Shown piece after piece: positions 58,219-64,000 of a stretch of 64,000 bases of DNA. Under the pieces are notes generated by a model that was not told the origin of the DNA, did no database searches, and saw nothing but the letters and a program-made list of their open reading frames with translations. The DNA comes from Planctomycetota bacterium. GTDB taxonomy: Bacteria > Planctomycetota > UBA1135 > UBA2386. The position numbers and the translations under genes were made by a program. Each line of letters begins with the position of its first letter. Within the stretch, counting starts at the first letter, position 1. The stretch spans positions 64,001 through 128,000 of the forward strand of contig CANMWZ010000005.1 of the NCBI GenBank assembly GCA_947501605.1, written 5' to 3'.

Positions 58219-59124
58219 ATGGCTTCGCCCCTGCTCGAGTTCATCCCCAACTTCAGTGAAGGTCGCAACGCCGCCGTCGTGGACGCTATCGTCGCGGCGA
58301 TGGCCGCCGTGCCGTTCGCCAAAGTTCTGGGGCGCGAGATGGACCAGAGCCACAACCGCTGCGTGATCACGTTGGCAGGGCCGCAGGAGGCGATGGCCGA
58401 GGCGGCATTCCGCGGTTGCCGAGAGGCGATTGCGCGCGTTGACCTGCGCACGCACAAAGGCGAGCACAAGCGGATGGGGGCGATGGACGTCTGTCCGTTC
58501 GTCCCGCTCGCTGGGGCCTCGATGGCGGATGCAATCGCGACGGCGAAGGCGGTCGGCGCCCGCATCGGTAAGGAGCTGTCGCTGCCGGTGTTTCTCTACG
58601 CTGAGGCATGCACGCGCGAAGATCGCCGCGTGCTGGGCAACGTGCGCAACAAGGAGTTCGAAGGTTTGATGGCGCTGGTGGGCAGCGATCCGACCTATGC
58701 ACCGGACTTTGGTCCGGCCAGGATGCACGCATCCGCCGGCGGCCTGTCCGTCGGCGCCCGCAATTTCTTGATCGCTTACAACGTCAACCTCAAGACGCGC
58801 GACGTGCAGATCGCAAAGGACATCGCCAAGGCGGTGCGCGAGAAGGATGGCGGCTTGAAGCGGGTGCAAGCGATGGGTTTCTTCCTCGACGACAAGCAGT
58901 GCGCGCAAGTCAGCATGAACCTGCTCGACTTCCACGTGACATCGCTGCGCACGGTGTTCGATGCCGTCGCGGCGCGCGCGCGCGATGCCGGCGTCGAGGT
59001 GTTGGAGAGCGAGCTTGTTGGCTTGGCGCCCGCGGCTGCGATCGACCAAGGTCTCGCCAGGCACATTCGGCTGCCGAACTTCGACCGTGCGCAGCAGGTC
59101 GTCGAAGAGAAGCTGAAGGGCTGA
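58219..59124 (+). CDS. ftcD: Glutamate formimidoyltransferase (no cyclodeaminase domain)
   Basis: PNFSEGR, HNR.VIT, H.GEH.RMGA.DV.PFVP, GAR..LIAYNVNL, QVSMNL, SELVGL; TTGACT-N17-CAGCAT upstream. Confidence 0.93.
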   Translation: MASPLLEFIPNFSEGRNAAVVDAIVAAMAAVPFAKVLGREMDQSHNRCVITLAGPQEAMAEAAFRGCREAIARVDLRTHKGEHKRMGAMDVCPFVPLAGASMADAIATAKAVGARIGKELSLPVFLYAEACTREDRRVLGNVRNKEFEGLMALVGSDPTYAPDFGPARMHASAGGLSVGARNFLIAYNVNLKTRDVQIAKDIAKAVREKDGGLKRVQAMGFFLDDKQCAQVSMNLLDFHVTSLRTVFDAVAARARDAGVEVLESELVGLAPAAAIDQGLARHIRLPNFDRAQQVVEEKLKG

Positions 59125-59127
59125 GCG

Positions 59128-60270
59128 CTACTTCAGCGTGACCGGCACTTCGACCACCTGCTGGGCGCGATCGAGGGTGCGCAGCACCTTGACCGCGATG
59201 GTCTCGCCGCGTTTGCGCCCGCGAAGTTGCCGCTGCAGATCGGCCATCGACCGCACCGGTTGGTCGCCGACCGCCACCAGGATGTCACCCCAGGCGACGA
59301 CGCCGCCGGCGCCATCGAGCTGAAACGGCCGCATCCCTGCAGCCTCGGCACCAGCTCCCTTCTCGACGCCGAGCACGGGCACGCCCGCGGTGAACCCGGA
59401 GCCGCGATCCACGCGAACAGCCTCACCGATCGTGACGCCCATGTGCCGTTGCGCCGAGCGGCCATCCAACAAGGCCGGCACCACGTCGTTGATTGCGTCG
59501 ACCGGGACGGCAAAGCCGATCCCGGTGTTGGACCCGCTCGGGCTGTAGATCGCCGTGTTCATGCCGATCAAGCGACCGGCGCTGTCGAGCAGTGGACCGC
59601 CGGAGTTGCCTGGATTGATGGCGGCATCGGTCTGGATCAGCCCGCTCATCTGCGCGTTCTCGGTTGCGATCGTGCGGTCGAGGGCGCTGATGATGCCGGT
59701 GCTCAGGCTCGAGTCGAAGCCGTAGGGGTTGCCAATCGCGAGGACCAACTGGCCGACCTTGAGGTCCGCCGACGCACCGATCGGGATCGGTCTCAGGTGG
59801 GGCGGTGGCGCCACGATGCGAACCACAGCAATGTCCTGCTGCGGGCTCGTGCCGATCACCGCGCCGTCGTACAGCTCGCTGCCCAACGCCACCTTCAACT
59901 GGCTGCGCGATTCGACCACGGTCTGAACAACGTGGTAGTTGGTGACCACGGTGCCAGCGTCATCCCACAGGAAGCCCGTGCCCGAGCCCTCGGGGTAGCG
60001 AGCCATTCCCGCGATGGTGCGAGCGAGCTTCTCCGTGGTGATGTGCACGACGCTTGGCGCCGTCTGTTCGAAGATGCGGGTCGTCGTCTGTTCGAGCGCC
60101 ATCAGGTCGCCGCGCGGCTCGATCGTGCGGGGCATCGGGTTTGGTGCGCCTTCGAAGACGCCGTTCCGGTCGAGCACGAGCCAGGTGGCGAGGACGAAGG
60201 CGGCGCCGGCAAACGCCAGCGACAGAGGCGAACTGCGGCGGGTGCTCGTGTGGTGTTGCCAAGTCGTCAT
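59128..60270 (-). CDS. HtrA/DegS-like trypsin serine protease with PDZ domain
   Basis: TM anchor; GSGTGF, TNYHV, DIAV, QTDAAINPGNSGGPL; GDIL..V. Confidence 0.94.
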   Translation of the reverse strand: MTTWQHHTSTRRSSPLSLAFAGAAFVLATWLVLDRNGVFEGAPNPMPRTIEPRGDLMALEQTTTRIFEQTAPSVVHITTEKLARTIAGMARYPEGSGTGFLWDDAGTVVTNYHVVQTVVESRSQLKVALGSELYDGAVIGTSPQQDIAVVRIVAPPPHLRPIPIGASADLKVGQLVLAIGNPYGFDSSLSTGIISALDRTIATENAQMSGLIQTDAAINPGNSGGPLLDSAGRLIGMNTAIYSPSGSNTGIGFAVPVDAINDVVPALLDGRSAQRHMGVTIGEAVRVDRGSGFTAGVPVLGVEKGAGAEAAGMRPFQLDGAGGVVAWGDILVAVGDQPVRSMADLQRQLRGRKRGETIAVKVLRTLDRAQQVVEVPVTLK

Positions 60271-60297
60271 AGGCGACTGCTACGGATGAATCGTGGA

Positions 60298-63138
60298 CTA
60301 CGCTGGGTTGGGCCAGAGTTCTTTCCAGTTCGGCTGGCTTGCGCCCTGTTGGCCAGCCAGCAGGGCCAGCGCGCTCTGCGACAAGCACACTTGCTCGAGT
60401 GCCGTTTCAGCCAGCGCTTGGCCGCACGACTCGGCGATGCCTTCTGCATGCAGGCCGTGGTACTTGAAGATGTGAGCCGGGGTGCCTGACTTGCTGAACT
60501 TGACCACCGCACGCGCGATCTGGCGAACGCCGAGGATCGAGCCCAGGTTGTCGAGCAGACCGATCTCACCGTCGTGCACGGACACGATCGGGACGCGTCG
60601 ACCCGCGAGGTCGACGACATCGCCCGGAGCCAGCACGTCGCCGCCGCTCTTGCCGGCAGGGCGGAGGTGCAACGCGCCCGTCACCCCAAGTGTCGTGTGC
60701 AGGTGAGCAAAGCCATCTTTCCGGCCGAGCTCGCCGCACAACAGATCCGGCGACGTGACGACAAACACGTTGGCGTAGATGCCGCGTTGCAGCAACAGCG
60801 CGCTCGCCTGCGCGGCTTCGGGAACGAGGGCGCCCATGACGAACAGGTTGACGACATTTTCGCCCGCTTGGTAGCCGCGATAGCCACGCCAGTCGATCAA
60901 CGTGTAGCCGCCCTTCAGCACGTGGTCCTTGACCACGGCGTGGATCTCCGACTCGCTGCGGTGCGGGACCTCCGCTTCGTGGAGACCGCCGTCCGATGCT
61001 TCCAAACCGAGCATGGCGCCGTCGGGGATGCCGATCTTGAACCTCGTCTGCCGGCGCAACCACTTCAGCATCAGGTCCTGGTGCAAGGCTCGGGTGACGG
61101 CGCGGACGAGCACGCCGCTGCGGCCCTTGTTGTCGCCGGTGAAGTGGCGGCGAATCGCGTCGCAGAGAACCCACTCCAACTCGATCGCGAACGCCGGCTC
61201 CCAAGTGATCAGGTTGGGGATCTGGATGTCGCTCTTCCAACTGTGCTGCGCGCCCTCGGGCGCCAGCGTGATGCCGCTCGGCGTGCCGACGAGGATGAAC
61301 GAACTGCCCCAGTAGAGATTGTAGTAGAGCTGGTCGAGCGCGCGTTTGATGAAGAAGTCGTAGACCGTCATCATCGGCAGGAACGGGATGCCTGCGAGGT
61401 AGCCCATCTTGCCAAAGCTGCCGACCGCGGACATGCAATTGGACTCGGCGATCTCGAAGCGGATGTGGCGCGTCCAGGCCCCGTCGGTCGGCGAGAGTTC
61501 TGGACGGAGGCGCTCGCTGAGCTGCAGTTTCGACTCCCAGTTCTCCTCGTAGCGCGGACCGAAGATCTTCTCATCCATCGCCGGGTTGATGTTGGTGCTG
61601 GTCCCGACGTCAGGGGCCATCGTCATCATCAGGTCAGCGATTGGACCCCAACGCGCTTCGTCGGTGGTCGGGGCCTTGCCGGCCTTTTGGGCGCGACCAG
61701 CGGCCTGCAGTTCGTCGAACACGCCGATGCGCACGAGCTTGGAGGCAAGCTGGCCCCACATCCATTGGGTGTGCGTGATTGGCGACAGCTTGAGGTTGAT
61801 CTCCAGTCCCGCAGGCACGCCGCCCTGGTGATCGATCTGCTGCGCCACGCGAGCGCGGTTGCTGTGCGCGAGGGCTTCCAGGGCTTCGATGCAAAGGCGC
61901 ATGGTCTGGCCGCGTTGCGCGGCATAGCGCGCCGCCTCCGAGTCCTCGGGCAGGCGTTGGAAGGGGCGCTCCATCGTCAGCCCCTCGGCCGCCAGGATCT
62001 GCTGCACTTCGTCGTCGTCCGGTAACGCCGAGTGGTTGCCGTTGGCGGCGACGCAGCGCAGGCCGCGGCCCTTGACGGTGTGGGCGATGATCAGCGTCGG
62101 GGTCTGCTTGTTGACCTTGCTCTGCTCGAAGGCGGTGAGGATTGCCGCGTGATCGTGGCCGCCGAGGTCATAGAACAAGCGGACAACGTCGGCATCGTTC
62201 AGCGACTCGATCAGCTTCTTGCAGCCGGCGTCGGCCTCGATCACGGCTTGTCGCATTGCGGCGGCGTCGCGCTTCCAGACCAGTGCCTGGAAGTGATAGT
62301 CGGACAGCTTGTCCTCGAGGATGACGCGCAGTTTGTCGCCTGCGGGCTTCTGGAAGACCGACTGGCGGAAGGTGCCGTGCCGCAGCTGGATCACCTCCCA
62401 GCCGTTGGCCGCCGCGGTGCGCCCGATGCGGTCGGCGTCGGTGCCGTGCAGGCCACGGTTGTTGGGGATGCGCGTGCCGTCGAGGTTCTGGCGGTTGTAG
62501 TCGACGATCCACGTCACGTTGCCGAGTTCGCGTTCGGCGACTTCGGGCATGACCTCGAGCAGCGAGCCTTCGCGGAACTCACTGTCGCCCATCATGCACC
62601 AGAAGTGCGGCTCGTCGACCTCCCAGCCATGCTGGCGGGCGTAGCGATAGGCGAGCGCCAAGTAGACCGCGTTGACCGGCGGAATGCCGACCGAGCCCGA
62701 CGGCAGGAAGCGCCAATTGTCCGGATCCGCTTCGGCATGGTAGCTCTGGAACACCGGGGCCGAGTCGTGCGAGAAGCTGCGCAGCCGGTGCATCACCGCT
62801 TCGGCTTCGGCTTCCTCGAACCAATTTCCAGTCGCGTGGCGGAACAGCCCGAGCGCGTGGCTCAGCGAGTGGTCGACAGGCGATGCGTGCGGTTTGCAGC
62901 AGACGAAGTCGCCGGGCTCGCGGACCAGCAGGTGGAGCACCGAGAGGAAGTCGAGGCTCGACGCGCAAGCGGCCGGATGGCCGCCTACCTTGGGGTCGGT
63001 CTTGTCCGCGTCGGTCCGGTTGTTCGCCACGTGGATCATCGCCACCATGTGGGCGAAGGCGCGGCGGGAGATGCGTTCGATCAGTGCGAGGTCGGGCTTG
63101 GTCGCGGCTGACTTCATAGTCGTGGTGGGCAGAGCCAT
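60298..63138 (-). CDS. AceE-type (homodimeric) 2-oxoacid dehydrogenase E1 / transketolase-like ThDP enzyme
   Basis: KVGGH, HASP, QSY, GS.G, GDSE..EG...N.....N.Q.LDG, T.KG, TL..EG.QH, EPAF..E. Start 63138 or 63117. Confidence 0.85.
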   Translation of the reverse strand: MALPTTTMKSAATKPDLALIERISRRAFAHMVAMIHVANNRTDADKTDPKVGGHPAACASSLDFLSVLHLLVREPGDFVCCKPHASPVDHSLSHALGLFRHATGNWFEEAEAEAVMHRLRSFSHDSAPVFQSYHAEADPDNWRFLPSGSVGIPPVNAVYLALAYRYARQHGWEVDEPHFWCMMGDSEFREGSLLEVMPEVAERELGNVTWIVDYNRQNLDGTRIPNNRGLHGTDADRIGRTAAANGWEVIQLRHGTFRQSVFQKPAGDKLRVILEDKLSDYHFQALVWKRDAAAMRQAVIEADAGCKKLIESLNDADVVRLFYDLGGHDHAAILTAFEQSKVNKQTPTLIIAHTVKGRGLRCVAANGNHSALPDDDEVQQILAAEGLTMERPFQRLPEDSEAARYAAQRGQTMRLCIEALEALAHSNRARVAQQIDHQGGVPAGLEINLKLSPITHTQWMWGQLASKLVRIGVFDELQAAGRAQKAGKAPTTDEARWGPIADLMMTMAPDVGTSTNINPAMDEKIFGPRYEENWESKLQLSERLRPELSPTDGAWTRHIRFEIAESNCMSAVGSFGKMGYLAGIPFLPMMTVYDFFIKRALDQLYYNLYWGSSFILVGTPSGITLAPEGAQHSWKSDIQIPNLITWEPAFAIELEWVLCDAIRRHFTGDNKGRSGVLVRAVTRALHQDLMLKWLRRQTRFKIGIPDGAMLGLEASDGGLHEAEVPHRSESEIHAVVKDHVLKGGYTLIDWRGYRGYQAGENVVNLFVMGALVPEAAQASALLLQRGIYANVFVVTSPDLLCGELGRKDGFAHLHTTLGVTGALHLRPAGKSGGDVLAPGDVVDLAGRRVPIVSVHDGEIGLLDNLGSILGVRQIARAVVKFSKSGTPAHIFKYHGLHAEGIAESCGQALAETALEQVCLSQSALALLAGQQGASQPNWKELWPNPA

Positions 63139-63298
63139 TTCGGAAGCGCGGCCGTGGTGATCTGAGCGGCCGATTGCAGGTCGCAGAGGGTAGGCCGAGG
63201 GCCGCAGTCGTTCCACTTCGGCGTGCGGCGGCTAGCGGCTGTCTTGGGAGGGGCCTATGCGCGGAGGCTTGTTGCCCGTAACCTCCTCCGCCCCCTTC

Positions 63299-64000
63299 AT
63301 GGCCCTGCCCCGCGTTGCGATCCTGGGCCGACCGAACGTCGGCAAATCGAGCCTGCTCAACCGCATTGCCGGGCAGCGTGTTGCGATCGTCGAACCTACG
63401 GCGGGCGTCACTCGCGACCGCGTCGCCGTCATTGTCGAGATCGAGGGGCGCCGCTTCGAGCTGGTCGACACCGGCGGTCTTGGCATGGTCGATGAGGCCT
63501 TGCTGAAGGACCACATCGAGGCCCAGATCCAGGTCGCCTTGGAGACCGCGGACCTGATCTTGTTCGTAATCGATGGCAAGGAAGGGCGAGTGCCGGGGGA
63601 CGACCTCGTCGCCCGCCGCCTCCGGCAGTTGCAGAAGCCGGTGCTGCTGGTCGCAAACAAAGTCGAGAGCCGCCACGACGAGTTGGCTGGTGCGGCCTGG
63701 GAGCGACTGGGCTTCGGCGACGCGATGTTGGTCAGCGCCAAAGAAGGCTTCGGCGCCAGCGACCTGATCGCCGCAATCTTGCACCGGCTACCGCCGGCCC
63801 GCGAAGAGGAGTCGCTGACGCGCAATCGGCCACTGTCCTTCGCGATCGTCGGCAAGCGCAACTCCGGCAAGTCGACCTTGGTCAACAGGCTTTGCGGCGA
63901 AGAGCGATGCATCGTCTCGGAGCTTCCGGGCACGACCCGCGACTCGATCGACGTCGAGTTCGAACTCGACGGCAAGCGGATGATGGCGATCGACACGGCC
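63299..64000 (+). CDS. der: Ribosome biogenesis GTPase Der, truncated by window edge
   Basis: Not in the ORF track. MALPRVAILGRPNVGKSSLLN, GVTRDR, DTGG, NKVE; second G domain GKRNSGKS, GTTRDS, DTA. Confidence 0.96.
   Translation, partial: MALPRVAILGRPNVGKSSLLNRIAGQRVAIVEPTAGVTRDRVAVIVEIEGRRFELVDTGGLGMVDEALLKDHIEAQIQVALETADLILFVIDGKEGRVPGDDLVARRLRQLQKPVLLVANKVESRHDELAGAAWERLGFGDAMLVSAKEGFGASDLIAAILHRLPPAREEESLTRNRPLSFAIVGKRNSGKSTLVNRLCGEERCIVSELPGTTRDSIDVEFELDGKRMMAIDTA

Overview
A 64-kb, GC-rich bacterial chromosomal segment, probably from Planctomycetota (inferred from the planctomycete-style RpoZ, the Der GKRNSGKS loop, a PEP-CTERM protein and a diderm envelope gene set). It is mostly core or housekeeping DNA; I saw no tRNA, rRNA, CRISPR, integrase or IS. 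Left to right: three tandem secreted amidohydrolase-fold genes, a ferredoxin, PmtA-, PagL- and ArnT-like lipid-modification genes, aceK, a cbb3 oxidase locus (DsbD_2 <-> ccoI-S-NO-Q-P-G), rpoZ, fabD-lpxK-lpxL, a DHS-like gene coupled to hldE plus an extra RfaE-II gene, HD-GYP, a pseudokinase-TM-caspase fusion, gdhA, an LPS kinase, rnpB, an AsmA-like gene with manC and ruvX, a histone-fold gene, hlyC-recO-bamD-lptE-ftsH-(cdaA/cdaR fusion)-glmM-tsaB, HDOD-GGDEF, an ECF sigma factor, hutI, ftcD, htrA, an AceE-like E1 and der. The most striking items are (1) a 66-aa stand-alone histone-fold protein with a Lys-rich N-terminal tail (41649-41849), (2) a membrane-spanning, catalytically dead Ser/Thr kinase fused to a caspase-like domain with an intact His/Cys dyad (31238-33028), and (3) a single-chain CdaA-CdaR diadenylate cyclase. 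All family calls come from motif recognition by eye; no database searches were run.
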